Notes: generated by a model from the letters alone, not told the origin. A DNA stretch of 64,000 bases from Eledone cirrhosa (GCA_964016885.1 OZ024740.1:371442001-371506000); one strand, 5' to 3'; positions 14,963 through 29,172 are shown, counted from the first letter of the stretch. Made by a program: numbers and translations.

Positions 14963-15813
14963 CAGGCCTGTCAAAAATGTAGACGCCGTTTTTTCTGTGG
15001 GAAGTAATGAGGTTATGGATACAAAAATATGTAGCGTGGAGCCACATACATTTATCCATATGCGTCAGTCGCTGTCAAGCACCTTGCGTGTGAGCTGTTG
15101 TACTAGTCGCATATCAATGTCAACTGATAATGTCAACAAGTGTACTGAGTTTTCTAATACCGCGTGATAATTGGAAATGAGACGGGAGTACGAGTACGAC
15201 ATGGAAACCAAACCTTAATCATCAAAGTGGAAGTATCCAACATCGCCAAGTTTCACAAAAACACATCAGGTGCAGAGTAAAATCAATGTGATGCTGATTG
15301 TTTTCTTCGACTACAGAAGCATTGTGCATCACAAATGCGTACCAGAAGGACAAACAGTTCCAAAGGTATACCCTCAAGAAGTTTTTCGGCGTCTTCATGA
15401 TACATTTTGGAACAAGAATAGTAATCTCTGATCCTGGCAACACTGGCAGCTGCATTATGACAATACCTCAGCTTATTCGTCACGGCTGATTAAAAGATTT
15501 CTTGACAACAATAGGCTTTCCGCTCATTTACAATGCTATCTACTCTCTAGACATGGCGCCTTTTTATTTCTGGTTGTTCTCCAAAAGGAAGATGCCATTG
15601 AAAGGCTACCGCTTAGAGAGCTAGAGGACTTTATGCAGATTGCGATGCCGGAGCTGAGAGTCATTTCAGAAGAACGATCTCAAACGTACTTCGAATTGGA
15701 AATATCTCCCAGTTAAGTGTGTGATGACACACGATGTGCCCTTCGAAGAGGATTGGCAATTAAACGCCACTAAGTACATCATTTTCCCCCCAGTCTAAGG
15801 TCGGACAGGGTTA
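14963..15813 (+). mobile_element. Mariner-type DNA transposon fossil
   Basis: Degenerate transposase: LIVFFDYRSIVHHKCVPEGQTV and YSLDMAPFYFWLFSKRKMPLKGYR (mariner YSPDLAPxDF motif); TIRs not resolved. Confidence 0.75.
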
Positions 15814-15814
15814 T

Positions 15815-16040
15815 AAAATTGGATACGAAATCGTGAGGTTGTGAGTTCAATTGCCGGACTGGGTGATGCGTCATGTTTTTGAACAAGACACTTTATTTCA
15901 CGTTGCTCTTTCTGTCAGGAGTTGCTACCGGTAGATAGTATCAGCAATGGGCAGACCAATGGAAACATTGTTTCCTTGGTCCGATTTGACGAGTTCCAAC
16001 CAACACGGTAAGCGAATGAAGTCTGACATCTTGATCGATT
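15815..16040 (+). mobile_element. SINE with CORE-like TTGA(A/G)CAAGACACTT box
   Basis: GAGTTCAATT box-B-like motif; homologous to 30314-30520. Confidence 0.65.
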
Positions 16041-16112
16041 ATTCCCCCCTTTCCTTCTTATATATATATATATAGACACTCATAAATATATATATATATA
16101 AAAGTAAAAAAG

Positions 16113-16144
<32 letters not shown>

Positions 16145-17287
16145 TGTATGTATGTATGTATGTATGTATGTATGTATGTATGTGTGAGTGCGCGTACGTA
16201 CAGATATATACATCTCTGTATGCCTAAATATATACATAATCTTGTTCTGTCTAGATTAACTTGGTCTGAAGCCAAATTGATTTAGTTGAAAGGGATGATA
16301 TTTGATAGTAGAAGATTATTTCCTGTAGTATTTGCTTTTCGTTTCCTTCGTTGTCTAACATGGCCCTCTAGCTATTTTATGGAGAGGAAATGAGCTTAAT
16401 TTTTATTTAGAAGCTGCTATGAAGATGTTGACCCATCAGAATTCAATATCTGTATTGTTATTGCAAGGTTATAGTAGCTTCTCTTACATAATCAATAACA
16501 CCCGCTCGTGGTTCCATTTTTAGTAAATGAAGAAAATTCATGTCGAATATTCTAAGAAATTATATGCTGGTCCTCTTCTATGAATATGAAGTTTTATGTG
16601 CTTCTTCAAAGAACAGTAGGGACTGAAAATATCTCTATTGGTTCGTGTTCTGTTAATGGAATTGCACATTGTCTCTGGCAAAAATAACTTTCAATTAGAT
16701 GAAGTATGTACTGTCAGTAATCTTCAATAGACACCGTATGTCTGTATGAATAGCCTTTAGGAATATTATGATAGTTTAAGGGCATTGTAAAATTGACAAG
16801 TGCTTCATTAGCATATATTTATGACATTGATTTCATTTCCTTCAGCGAGGATACAATTTAAAGAAGATATAGCCGTTTCTAAACCGACATGCGCTTGTTA
16901 TATTACATGAAAATGAAGTTGTCAAGTTGTTGTTGTTCTTAATATTGTTGTTCTTATTGCTGTTGTTGTTATGCAGCCTCAAGGTATGTCTCATGAATCA
17001 TATTAAAGTTGAAAGCTGTTCCAGTGATGACAATCCCATTTGTTTAGACGGAATGTATCTAGGACTCCATTATCTAATGTCTCCTTCTTTATTTTCAAAA
17101 GGCAAAGTATTATTTGAGGAAGATTTGGTTGTTATTAGTTGTAGGACAAGTGACAACATAGAAGCTTTCTTAAAACAAAGTCATCAACTAACTCTATGTC
17201 ATTCAAATTCAATTGAGTTATGAAATTCTCTTTGCAAATGAAAGCAAAACTCAAAACATATTGCTGTTTAACGACACTGATGGTAAT

Positions 17288-17385
17288 AATAATGGTTTCT
17301 ACTTTAGGCACAAGGCCAGCAAATACCCAGTGCATTACTGGTACTTTATTTTATCGACCCCGTAAGGATGAAAGGCAAAGTCAAA
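17288..17385 (-). mobile_element. tRNA-derived SINE, 3' fragment
   Basis: Reverse complement of family 3' half. Confidence 0.75.
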
Positions 17386-17735
17386 CACTGTAGATGCTGC
17401 TGTTGTTGGTGGTGATGATGATGATAATAATGCACCAAAGGGTGGGTTTTGTTTTTGATTTAAAGGAATTATTGGACGTCAGTCGATGACTGAGCTTATG
17501 GAATGCATATCAACAAGAAGTTTGCGTCGTGTCATCGACAATGTGTTATGTTTGTGGCTAAAGAATTTAACTTCTAATCGGCCCAGTCCATTCATCTGAA
17601 AACAAGCAGCCTTGCGGCAATGTTGTAAAGTTAACGAATGATCCAAAAGCTTGAAGGTGGGAGTTGAATTTCATGCACTACAAGATTTTGTACTGCCCAT
17701 ATGACCCTCTGGATTATGATACTTACGAAAGTTAA

Positions 17736-18010
17736 TAATTGTTTCTACTTTGGGCACAAGGCCTGTAATTTGAAGGGGAGAGGAAAGTCAATTAAATCGA
17801 CCCCAGTGCATTACTGGTGCTTTATTTATCGACCCCGGCAGGATGAAAAGCAAAGCTAACCTCAGCAGGATTTGACCTGTAAAGGGACGTAACTCTATGC
17901 TGCAAAGCATGGTGTCCGACGCTCTACCGATACTGCCAATTCAATGTGCTGTAATAATTGTTTTTACGTTAGGCACAAGGCCAGCAATTAACCAGTGTAT
18001 TACTGGTACT
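17736..18010 (-). mobile_element. tRNA-derived SINE (long variant) plus adjacent 3' fragment
   Basis: Family consensus; fragment bracketed by direct repeat AATGTGCTGTAATAAT. Confidence 0.8.
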
Positions 18011-18370
18011 AATGTGCTGTAATAATGATGTTTGACATTGGCAGATCACACATATTGGAGCTGAGTGTACACCGTTATAAATGATTGGTGTTTATTTTAT
18101 CGACCACTGAAGATTAAAAATCAAACTCTACCTCAGCGGTATTTGAATTCAGAATATAGATGGAATGGTCGTATCTAATGCCGATTTTGCCTTCGAGTAC
18201 TATAAAAGTGTCGTTGATATCTAACATAATATTTTATTTCCCTGGTATTTTCCTATCTAAGACTGTATATATTCCTAATGGATGGGGGCTAATGGTTAGT
18301 AGTAGCTACAAGAAGAGACGTTATTTAAACGCATTCAACATACAGTATCACAAACGCACGCGCGCATATA

Positions 18371-19208
18371 TCTATATATAATATTAAAAAGAGTTGTTTG
18401 TTCGTTGGTTGATGTGTTCGCGCATCACATAAAAACTAAAACTGACAATCAAAAAGTAAGTAATGGAATAAGGTTATACCAAGGAAGGTTTATTCATACT
18501 CATTTTATAAAATCAAAGAAGGATAAAAACCTCCCGGCTATGCTAACCAACGTGATTCCTATTCATAGCAGGCTGGGAAACAACCTTAAGAGATTCTCTC
18601 TGCGCGCCCGTTGTCAGCGATACTCGAGTTTCGCGGCTAAACGTACACACACAGACACACCCACAGGCACATTGACACACACACAGGCACACACATAGGC
18701 ACATTGACACACGCACAGGCACATTGACACACACAGAGACAGACACACCCTCACACAAACACACGTACACATACCCACACACACATTTTATATATAATTC
18801 CCTATATCTATATATAAATATAAGTGATTTGAACTCTCATCATCATTTTGAGAAACCTGGACTCACCACGTCTATGCAATGACACGCTTTACAGTCAGGC
18901 GGAAGATTGACCATCTCCTAGGAGTCACTAATCTTGGAGGCAATCATCAAGGAGAAAATACATTTATTCCCGACGATTCCTTCACCCCTTTCTCTACCGA
19001 GCTGGCGTTCAAATTATCAAGTTTTCAGTTCCCTGTTAGAACCAATTTTGCTATGACTATAGATAAAGCTCAGTTTCCAGAGACTCGAAGTTTTAGGATT
19101 GAATATGAGAGAATTGTAAACCAGACAACGCATCCAATACAGTCGTTTTTCTTCTATTGGACTTCACTAATCATCTGTTTACCCGGGCGAAGCCGGGTAC
19201 CTCAGCTA

Positions 19209-19209
<1 letters not shown>
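18371..19209 (+). mobile_element. Non-autonomous Helitron with RepHel helicase remnant
   Basis: TCTATATAT start, 3' hairpin CCCGGGCGAAGCCGGG plus CAGCTAGT; IILRNLDSPRLCNDTRFTV and FQFPVRTNFAMTIDKAQ (Pif1-type QFPxxLxxAMTINKxQ). Confidence 0.8.
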
Positions 19210-19279
<70 letters not shown>

Positions 19280-19307
19280 AAAGGTATATATATATATATA
19301 TATATAT

Positions 19308-19751
19308 GTAGGAGGTGAGTTTTATTGTAGTACCCCCTCCCTAAATAAAATATTTTTTCCTCGCACATATCCTCCCTTCGTTAATTTTCAAAATTTTTAA
19401 TTTATACAGTATCTTCCAACGGTTTTCAACCTCTCTATGTAAAAAATATATCTCCTCTCAATTATAAAAACTATCTCTTTCTCTCTATCACCCATCTCTC
19501 CCTCTCATCTCCTTCCCTTTTCTTCCCCCCCCTCTCTAAATAAAATATTTTTCCCAATATCACACATCAATCTAAAACCACTTTTCATATGTTGATTTAA
19601 AACTGCACTATCCACAAGTGTTTTTTAGCCTTCATATCATGTTCTCCTATTTTATCTGATGAAAACACAAATATTATTGCATGATGATGTTTGTTTTTGA
19701 AATGCGCATAATAAAATATATGGAACTCCTTTAACCATCTTTTGATCTTAT

Positions 19752-19757
<6 letters not shown>
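19308..19757 (+). mobile_element. Short non-coding HHR-bearing insertion in (TA)n
   Basis: Flanked by (TA)n-GTAAAAGGTA direct repeats (19277-19286, 19779-19788); 3' part homologous to about 38815-38980. Confidence 0.65.
19648..19718 (+). ncRNA. Minimal type I hammerhead ribozyme motif
   Basis: TATTTTAT-CTGATGA-stem II-GAAA-TGCGCA-TA-ATAAAATA. Confidence 0.8.
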
Positions 19758-19783
<26 letters not shown>

Positions 19784-20865
19784 AGGTAAACAGAAATATA
19801 CAAACACGCATACACTACTTAGTCTATTTAACAGATAAAAAATAGTAGAAGTGAAGGATAAAGTCAGAGATACGTAAATCAAATACAGAAAAAAGAAACT
19901 TATTTCTATTTAAATGATGTACTCAGTTCAATTTATGTGCTTTTTAAATAAGCAACATATTTGTTGTATTTGTAAATGAAAAGGTCTGTTAAATTAGTAT
20001 GGGAAATGCATACTTTTGAGGAAGTGTCATGAGATGTTATACTGACGAGCTATGCAGAATTACTCATGACAAAGAACAAAATCCCTCGATACATATTATT
20101 ATACAGAGACAACTGATGCAGTTGAATATTTGAATAGCTTGGAACTACAATCACGTAATTCAGTTATATTCGTGACATAAACGAATTATCCTTTAGTAAT
20201 ATTAACTAGAAAGAACTGGCTTTGCTATTATTCTACGCAGCACATATGTATACTATACTGACATTGGATGTTCAACCGTGTAAACATTTCTCAGAGGGCA
20301 ATTTCTCCAGAAATTTTGGTTTGCTTTTAACTTACAAATGCATTTATTTCTTTAGATCTGGCGGCTGTTTTAGTTTTGAATTGTAGACGAAGAAAAAATA
20401 GCAATACCAGCTTCACAGATTTACGTAAATGATAAGTAGTTTATGTTGTATTCTCAAAATTGTTTTATTCCTTGGTTGGAATATATTGCAGCATCTAAAT
20501 ATTAATCGTTCTGGTGTAGGTTAAGGTCAGGGATATAAATTTGTACTGATATACGCACCACATATTTCTGTGGGTTTATGTCTGTAGATAAAACTTGTGG
20601 TGGAGGGGAGTGTGTTCAAGGGAGCGAGGTGGGTAATGGTGCCTGTGCTGCTGTTGCTGCTATTCAGCGAAGGAATAATTGAGAAAAATGTTTAGTAGAG
20701 AGTTTTTAAAAGCAAGGAACAGTAAATTTTATGTGATGAAGAGAGGTGAGTGCATAGCATAGGTTTGTGAAGAAGTTAGTGTTATGGACCTTGCTAATTC
20801 ACAGGAACAGAAACTGCTTTTGGTGACGACAACTATAGGGAATGAAAGAGAGAAAGAAAGGGAGT

Positions 20866-20899
<34 letters not shown>

Positions 20900-20972
20900 C
20901 TATTTTTCTTCTGTTTTTGTAGAAAATCGGGTATAGACGATTGCTGTTAATTATTTTATAGACACTGCTAAG

Positions 20973-21043
<71 letters not shown>

Positions 21044-22929
21044 AACAGGAACATTTGCGTTTGTGGGATAATGATACTGTGTTGGTGAACCATTGTCAAT
21101 CAACCAGGTAAAATTTGCAAATGTTTTCATTTGTATTTTTAGAATGAGAATTCTTCAAGAGAACGTAATAAATCGTTCCTTGATGGATGATTTGTAAGAC
21201 GAGCCAATGAGAAAGCCTCTATATAAATATAGTCAACTAGCTCATTTCGCGAACATACTGAGGTCTTTCTTATCAAACTAGCACAAAGCTTAAAACACCA
21301 AATACTACAACTAATAATGTTTCCAAACAGATTCAAAACGGGTCGGGGATGGAGTGCCGGATTGAAGACATGCTATCTGTATTAAAGAATGAGTAAGCTT
21401 TTATAGTTAAGTAAAGACTTGCAGGAAAGAAATATCAGTTAATATTTTAACACCGAGAATGATCTTTGATAATTTCGTTAACGCCGTATACAAAAATTGA
21501 ATTTGTTTCTACTAAATTGATACATGGGGGCAAAAGCTTCTCTAGGGTAGCAGTTAGCAGAGGTGCATAGGGTCAACAAATGCGTCATATAGACTTTAGG
21601 TTAGTTGATGTATTTTGCAATAAGCAACATATTGGAAGCGTTCGCATTTATGTGAGTTGAGGTATGAGGTCATTGTAGAGAAAGGAAGATAACAAGGAAA
21701 ATGTAGATAATTTTAGTCATATAGAAGCAGATTTAAGGATTTTAGACATAATGCAAACACAGATATTGACGTTTATTTCTGGTAGTACCGTCGTAGCCAT
21801 AATATACAATACTGTGTGATTTCGGTATATCTAACCAGGCAACCCCAACACCATGCGATATATCCTCGTGAGAGTTATGTGGCTTTGGTGGTTAATTTAG
21901 ACCAATTGAATGCGTTGGACAGGGATGAAAAATATACATATATATATAATATGAAGGCGGTGTAATGACTGGAACTAGTAAAATAATACAAGAATTTATA
22001 TAGGTTTGTAGGTGCACTCATGCATGAAACTCATGGTCCCCGTGACACTGACGTAGGTTCACAGCTATAATATATATATGTTTGGGTGACCTTGAGCCAA
22101 TCCTCTGTGAAACGCGCGAAACAGGTCGATACACAACAGATATCTTATACATGTAAACGAAACTTCCTCGTTTTTTCTAATATGTATATATATCTATATA
22201 TATATACACATACACTTACACACCCACTCTTACACACACACACACTCTCCCTCTCACACACACAGATATATATATATATATGTGTGTATGTGTGTAGGTG
22301 ATTTCATTGTAGAAGAGTAATCTTAACCATTTAAAAACATAAAAGCTGTTTATAGTCATTTCCCGCTTACTTTCAATATTACAACCTATTATAAAGTGTT
22401 AGCAAGCAGGTAATAAAATACGAAGAAATATTTTGACACTTTCAAGAATCGACACAGAAAGTCATTATAACAGTTTCTGTGTTTTCTTAACTGGTTGAAG
22501 TCATTCTTTCACATTAAATTTTCCAGTTTCAACACAAGGTTCAAATCTAGGTATTTTACACTGTTGTTTCATACAAATAGATATTGCCGATGAGCCAGTA
22601 ATAAGCAAACGAAGTTTGTCGAGCTGTTCTTCGAATTAATCTAGTGAGATAAACAAAACTAATTAATGAAGAGAAGAATCATCTGCTTAATGATTAATTG
22701 TGGCCAAGATAGTCATTGGAATGAACAACGGAATTTACATTAATTGAAATTAATTTACATGAATGGAAATACGCAAAAGAAAATGAGTTTGATCTCTGGC
22801 AAGTACATGTTTCAGTCTTATCAGACACCCGCCAGCAAGCAAAGCCTTACTAGTATTTGCACGATCCAAGATAAGATAACGCTATACAGATTTTAAGTGA
22901 ATAGACATCAATAGTTGTGATAATTTAAA

Positions 22930-23060
22930 ATAATTGTTTCTATTTTTGGTACAAAGCCAGCAATTATACCAGTGTATTACTGGTACTTTATTTTATCGAC
23001 CCATAAGGATGAAAGGCAAAGTTAAACTCAGCGGGATTTGAACTCAGACCATAAAGGGGA
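22930..23060 (-). mobile_element. tRNA-derived SINE, 5'-truncated
   Basis: Reverse complement of family consensus. Confidence 0.8.
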
Positions 23061-23836
23061 TATTACTCAGGCTAGCCTTCTGATTAAAAAGTAAACATTT
23101 AAGTGCGTAATGCAAATACGTAATGTAGTGAACTCTTCACTAAAATACTGTTTAAAAGTACATCTATAGTGAGGGGATAAAACAATCGACTTAATGATTA
23201 ATTCTGGTTAAAAAAAGGCAAGGAAGACAATTACAGATATAGGATTTATTAAAAATACGAATGGTAGAATGTAGTGGGTTTGATTTTGGACAACTCACAA
23301 AACGCAGATCGATCTGAATCTATGATAGAGGTATTTGTTGAAAGGGATACGCTCCAAAACTAGGAAGTCAGGAAGCAAGCTTCTTATTTACCCAATCATG
23401 TCTCCCTTTATTATGAATATCCCTTTGTGAATATGCAAACGAAAACATGTATGCTCGGCTTTGTGACTGCAAGGTTTATTTAAAATTTGTCCTTAACCAT
23501 GACATGTACAGAATAATTTTACATAAATATCAATTCTAAATGCTCGCGAAAACCTCTATATTCGCAAGTGTGTCCAAATCTTTTAATTGTTACTATCTTC
23601 ATCGAACTGCCCCCAATAAAATACAAATATTTTATTGAATAAGTTTAGAATGCTAGACACGTATTTGGAATACACAAATGTTGATCGCACCTGTTTCATA
23701 TTTCAACAAATTCCCAATGCATCTTTGAGAAATGTATAGTTTTCCTTCTTACAGGGAGTTGATGCTGTAATTATTTCTCCTTCTCTCTCTGTGTCTCTCT
23801 CCGGTTCTCCACCTATCCCCCTCTCTCTCTCTCTCT

Positions 23837-23881
<45 letters not shown>

Positions 23882-25085
23882 TATATACATATATATATAT
23901 ATGTGTGTGTGTGTGTGTATATATATGTATATATATATGTATATATACATATATACATATATATATACACACATATATATATATATGCGCGCGTGTGTGT
24001 GTGTATGTGGATTCAATTCGTACTTCTTAATAAGATGATAGAAAATGGGAAGATAGTTATTTCTACTGCTAAAATTTCATTTAATTTTATTCCGGAATCC
24101 TCTTTGGTTACAAATTTTCGTTCAAGTGGTATTGACGATGTGTTCTAGCTGGCTGGGTGTGAAATCGGTGACTTTTCATCCCGAATAGCGTTGCATAGGT
24201 GTTCTGTTGTTAGGGTATTGTATGTTTTCTATCAATAACATGGAAATCTCACCCTTTGTCCGAATGGAAATATATGAGCTCTTTAGATGATAGTTTTTGT
24301 AAAGTAAGAAATTGCCATACAGTTATAGGGTGGAGTGTTTCTGTACAATGTTGAAGATAGAATGTTTAAGCATACAGAGTTTAACGTTACTTTTGAAGCT
24401 GGTTGGACGCGTATGAATTGGGTTATCTAGATCAGTCATAGTAAAGTGAGGGCTCAAGGGCCACATGGGTCACATATGCGACAACTAATTGCGCACAGTA
24501 CATCTAATTTTACGAAGATAAAACATGCTCATGCTGTAAAAATCTTTGTGCGGACCGCAGGTGTGCTTGTAAAGGGCCGCATGCCTGGTCTAGATGGTAA
24601 AGAAACATTCTAGTAGAATCAGCTTATTCTGATTAATTTCAATATAAAGTTTGTCGTTAAGCAATTTGATTAAGATGAACTTTGAACCAAGTTTATGAAG
24701 TTGTAGTTGATTGAGTGAAAGAGATTCAATCAGGTCTGTGACATATGGTTTAATAGCAATTATCGTCGTATATTTGTGTTGCTGGTAACAGAGTTGTGGC
24801 TGACAATGTGCTTGTGGTAGAAAGAATTTAAGAAGTCTCTTATGATGACAAGTGCGATTGTTGTAGCATTAGTTAATAGTAAAAGTTACGTATGGTAGTT
24901 ACGCGCCAAGATGCTAGTCAAATATATATTTCAAATCTGAAATCTCTTCTAAGTTGTGTATATAGGGATGACAGAAGGTTCCTTACCCCGAAATTGTACA
25001 TAAAATAAGGAATTCTTATAGCTAATAAAAAAAAAGCATATAGGTAGATGAAAATGTGATTGAAATGTATATATATATATATATA

Positions 25086-28000
25086 GTATCCAAGGGTTTA
25101 CAGCACTCAGTCAATTGGACGTCATGTATAATTAGTTTACAAAAGTGAAATTACGCAGGAACTCAGTCTACCATATTGCAATGGCGTTACCTCCTGCTAG
25201 TATTATACCTCCACTTCAATATGGCAAACTGAATTACTTCACTGTTGTGAACTAATCGTTATCTCTTTCTCTTAATTTCGAGTATATTTTTTTGACCGGC
25301 CACCTTCCTAGTGGCAAGGTTGTAAAAGAAAAGAAATTGTCATCCCTTGAATCGCAAGAATGTTTTGTAAATTTTGAAGGTGCCAGGTATCGGAGCCATT
25401 TGTAGACTATGAATTAGGGAGCTGCGCTTTTTGTCCGCAAATCCAAGTTCAGTCATACTTTGGTCCAAGCGAGTTGGTATATAACCCGTAGCTCCAATAA
25501 TGATGGGTATGAAGCTAAAGGTGTATCTTGGATACTGGATTTGTAAACTCCTCATCAATGGTCCGTAGATGTCCTCCTTCTCCTGTATTTTTCTGACAAC
25601 GTTTACATCAAGTGGGCAGCTGATCTCCACAACAGAACACGTTTTCAATGTGTGGTCCCAAACAACAATATCAGGCCGGTTGTGCTTTAATTTGGTGGCA
25701 GTTTTTATTTTCAGGTTCCACCAGTATTCCTTAGTGCCATCTGTCTCAATATATTCTTCCTCGTTTGTTGTTAATTTTGTTTTCGGAAGTGCGTTCCAGA
25801 TGGTTCTAGCTATCCCATCATGGGGAGGTAGTAGCGAGATGACATTCTTTCGCAGCTGGCAACAATGTGGCTTTCATCCTCGATCTTTGTTTTACATAGC
25901 CTCCATTTATTGTCAGCTGCTGGCACTCCCCTTTTGTGCAGCAGATATTTGGTAGGGAGTTATTGTTCCTGTATTGCATAGAGATATCCCTCAAGGTGTG
26001 ATGTCATAAACTTGTGGGAACTCCATGCCAGGCTTTTTGAGTGGTTTATCCCCTCTATGGTCTGTGTTTTACGTCTCAAGTATCCATGCACAACTTTTTC
26101 TGTAAATTGGTCAATTTTTTCATCTTGTTTGAACATTGAATAGGATCTTCCGATTTCTCTGGGTGAGAGATTTATATCAGGCTTTATTCCATATCTCTCC
26201 TCCAGATCAGTCGCTATTCTAATGATATCTTTTTTTTCATGCTCATAAACCTGGGCAAGATGGTTGCCAACCTTTTTCCTCTGTTGAAGGTGTTGCTTCA
26301 GTGTTACTATCCGGGTCTCATATGTTGTTAATATTGATTTTAGATCCCGGCCACCTTCCTTGCGTGAGAAGTATAGCCTATCCACATCACCATTGATGTT
26401 AAAGTTCCCAGTAACACTGAGAAGTTTGCGAGTTCTAACATCCATCTCACTTAGTTCTTGCAATGACCAGTTCAGCAGGCCAAATGTTGGCGTTAGAATT
26501 GGCACAGCATAAGTATTGTGGGCAATGTATTTGTTGTACGCTGACAGTTCTGATGAGGTATTCAGTTCTGGTTCTCTCCTTATTTATGTGTCCATCATAT
26601 CTGACATTCTCATCCTGTCCAAGATATCTGTAGTTGTCACCTGACTGTAGAGGTTGTATTGTCAGGCCGTTCATCTCTAGATTTCTAGAGGAGGGCACAG
26701 CTCTTCCACGTTTTACTGCCAAATATGCACACTTGGACTCACCAAATTTCATTTTGATGTCTGTTGAAAATTGTGTAATGAGGTCCAATTGTTTCTTGAT
26801 GTCATTGATATTTGGCCCATACAACTTCAGGTCACCAACAAAGAAAAGATGGGAGATATTTCTGGACCCACTTCTTTGTCCACCTTGTTTCCTGAGTAGG
26901 TAAGATAGTGGATTTAGTGAGAGAACGAAGAGTAGCACTGACAAGCTATCACCCTGAAAGATGCCCTTCTTGTAATGTATCTTATCAGTCTTAACTTGCT
27001 CCTTCTCACCTCTAAGGATCAACTTGGTGTACCAATTCTTGGTCAGGCGTTCAACACCAGCTACCAATGGTTGTGGGACTTTGGCTAAATGTAAAGCCTT
27101 AATAATCCACCCATGAGGTACACTATCAAATGCTTTTTGATAGTCCAGCCACACCACAGTCATGTTTCTGCGATTCTTTGTTGATTTTTCCTGAATCATT
27201 TTATTAGTTAGTAGGTGATCTATGCAACTCCACACCTCCCTCTTTCCACCAGCTTGCTCAGGTGTTATGATGTTGTTGGTAGCACAGTGATCCTGTAAGA
27301 ACAGGTTAAGGTACCCAGTATATCATTTATACATGATGTTTTGGCAGGCTATTGGGCGGTAATTTTTAGCAAGGGTGGTTTGGCTATTTTGGGGAATGAG
27401 GAGAGTAGTGGCAGTTGATAACCATCTGGGCAGTTCTTGCGTGCCTTTAATGGTTTCTGTAAACAGCCGTATGAGATCTTGCCGATAGAAAGTGAAATTC
27501 TTCAACCAGTATCCTGTAATGAGGTCTGGGCCTGGGGATTTCCTATTCAACATTTTCTGTAGAGCTGTTTCCAGTATTGACCCATCTATGTCATATTGTT
27601 TTGTCTGGACATGTTGGCAGTAGTCCTGTTCCAGTTCTTTTAGCCAATTAGTTTGTCTGTTGAATCCGTCATCGGTTTCCCATGCAGATCTCCAGTAGCT
27701 CTCAACCTGTTCTTTTGAAGGGGTGTCATTTACAGGGATTGAGCTTTTGCCACCGAAGCTGCGATAAACTGATTTAGGATCTCTGGCAAACAATCTATTT
27801 AGCACTTGTCGTTTATGTGCTGTTGACTTATATTTTAGTCTTTCTGTTGTAGCTGTGAGTTGTTGTTTCAACTGGTGTAATTTGGAGTTCAAAGTTTTAA
27901 ATTTTGTATCTCCAAATCGTCTCTCTAACTTTTTCTTTAGGTCTTCCTGGTGTCGTGTGAAGTTGCTCTCTATGTTGCATTTCATAACGACTGCGATGTG

Positions 28001-28142
28001 TGAGATACTTCGTCTCAGGGACAAAATTTTGCTTTTTAAATTTCGCATCGACGCTGGTTCAGGCTTTTTGTTTGTATCTTGATTGCGTGGTTTTAGATGT
28101 GTGTTATATGATAGCATTGTGACAGCTGAAACATATAACAAA

Positions 28143-28143
<1 letters not shown>
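25086..28143 (-). mobile_element. R4/Dong-like non-LTR retrotransposon (RT, CCHC knuckle, restriction-like endonuclease), 5'-truncated and frameshifted
   Basis: KSPGPD, NYRPIAC, WLDYQKAFDSVPH, GIFQGDSLS, HLFFVGDLKLY (DD mutated), RLCKTKIEDESHIVASC, KHNRPDIVVWD...VEISCP; split across ORFs 27323-28141, 26447-27235, 25960-26505 and 25340-25648; clade assignment from motif recall. Confidence 0.88.
26447..27235 (-). pseudogene. Reverse transcriptase core fragment of the RLE-type LINE
   Basis: RT motifs as above; catalytic xxDD reads FVGD. Confidence 0.85.
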
Positions 28144-28173
<30 letters not shown>

Positions 28174-28223
28174 TGTATGTATGTATGTATGTATGTATGT
28201 ATGTATGTATGTATGTATGTATG

Positions 28224-28830
28224 TCAGGTCACCAGTTGGTGCTACTGGTAACATGTATCCCAGTACAACCTGTCTCATGGTCGGGTCGTTGGCGACTAAA
28301 CTGGCAACCCCACCAAGGTTTCTTGGTGAGGAGGGTGGCTTTGGACATCCTGCAGGACTAAAAACAAAACCTGTCAAAGGGCAAAGGAGCTCTTAAGAGT
28401 CAATGGCCATCCAAAATCACTGGGAGAGATGACCCCTTAGCCTTTGTCAAGGCAGAATTCTAGGAGAAGGAAAACTCTGATATAACACCTGCAACTCTGA
28501 TGGTATCCAATGATGTTGACTTGTTCTTCTTTTTGGTAAATATCATCTTGGTTAAGAGAGTGGGACTGGCTTCGTGCAGTGCCTTTGCTCACTATAAAAG
28601 CTTCACGGCACAGGCATTGCTTTATATCTGGAGATCTCTCTTCACGTTTCGTCACAGTGTACCAATGGGCCTAGCACTATGTGTCAATAATTGTCACAGG
28701 TGTAGTGTTTGTACCAGAGTTTTCAAGTCGCTGGCTGGACTAAAAAGTCACACTCGTTCAGCGCACGGTAGGAGTTCTCCTACATGGATATAAAGTAGTG
28801 GCCGTACTCGAAAACGAGTTGGCAGCCACT
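28224..28830 (+). mobile_element. About 607-bp non-autonomous RTE-like retroposon in (TATG)n, copy 1
   Basis: RTE-5'UTR-like CTAGGAGAAGGAAAACTCTGA; 3' C2H2 finger CSVCTRVFKSLAGLKSHTRSAH; ends GGCAGCCAC+(TATG)n. Confidence 0.7.
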
Positions 28831-28849
28831 ATGTATGTATGTATGTATG

Positions 28850-29172
28850 TGTAGTGTTTGTACCAGAGTTTTCAAGTCGCTGGCTGGACTAAGAAGTCAC
28901 ACTCGTTCAGCGCATCGGTGGGGGTTCTCCTACATGGATATAAAGTAGTGGCCGTACTCGAAAAACAAAACCTGTCAAAGGGCTCACTATAAAAGCTTCA
29001 CGGCACAGGCATTGCTTTATATCTGGAGATCTCTCTGCACTTGTCATCACATGGGCCCAGCACTATGTGTCAATAATTGTCACAAGTGTAGTGTTTGTAC
29101 CAGAGTGTTCAAGTTGCTGGCTGAACCAAAAAGTCACACTAGTTCAGCGCATCGGTAGGGGTTCTCCTACAT
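28850..29172 (+). mobile_element. Rearranged partial copies of the same element
   Basis: Repeated segments of 28224-28830. Confidence 0.7.

Noticed and set aside
28224-28310. Possible HDV-like ribozyme at the 5' end of the RTE-like element (CTAA-ACTGG pairing with CCAGT)
   Set aside because: RTE elements can carry such ribozymes, but I could not build a consistent P1/P1.1/P2/P3 double pseudoknot by hand; needs a descriptor search
28500-28793. Host C2H2 zinc-finger gene
   Set aside because: Single finger inside a repeated element; reading frame not kept in sibling copies
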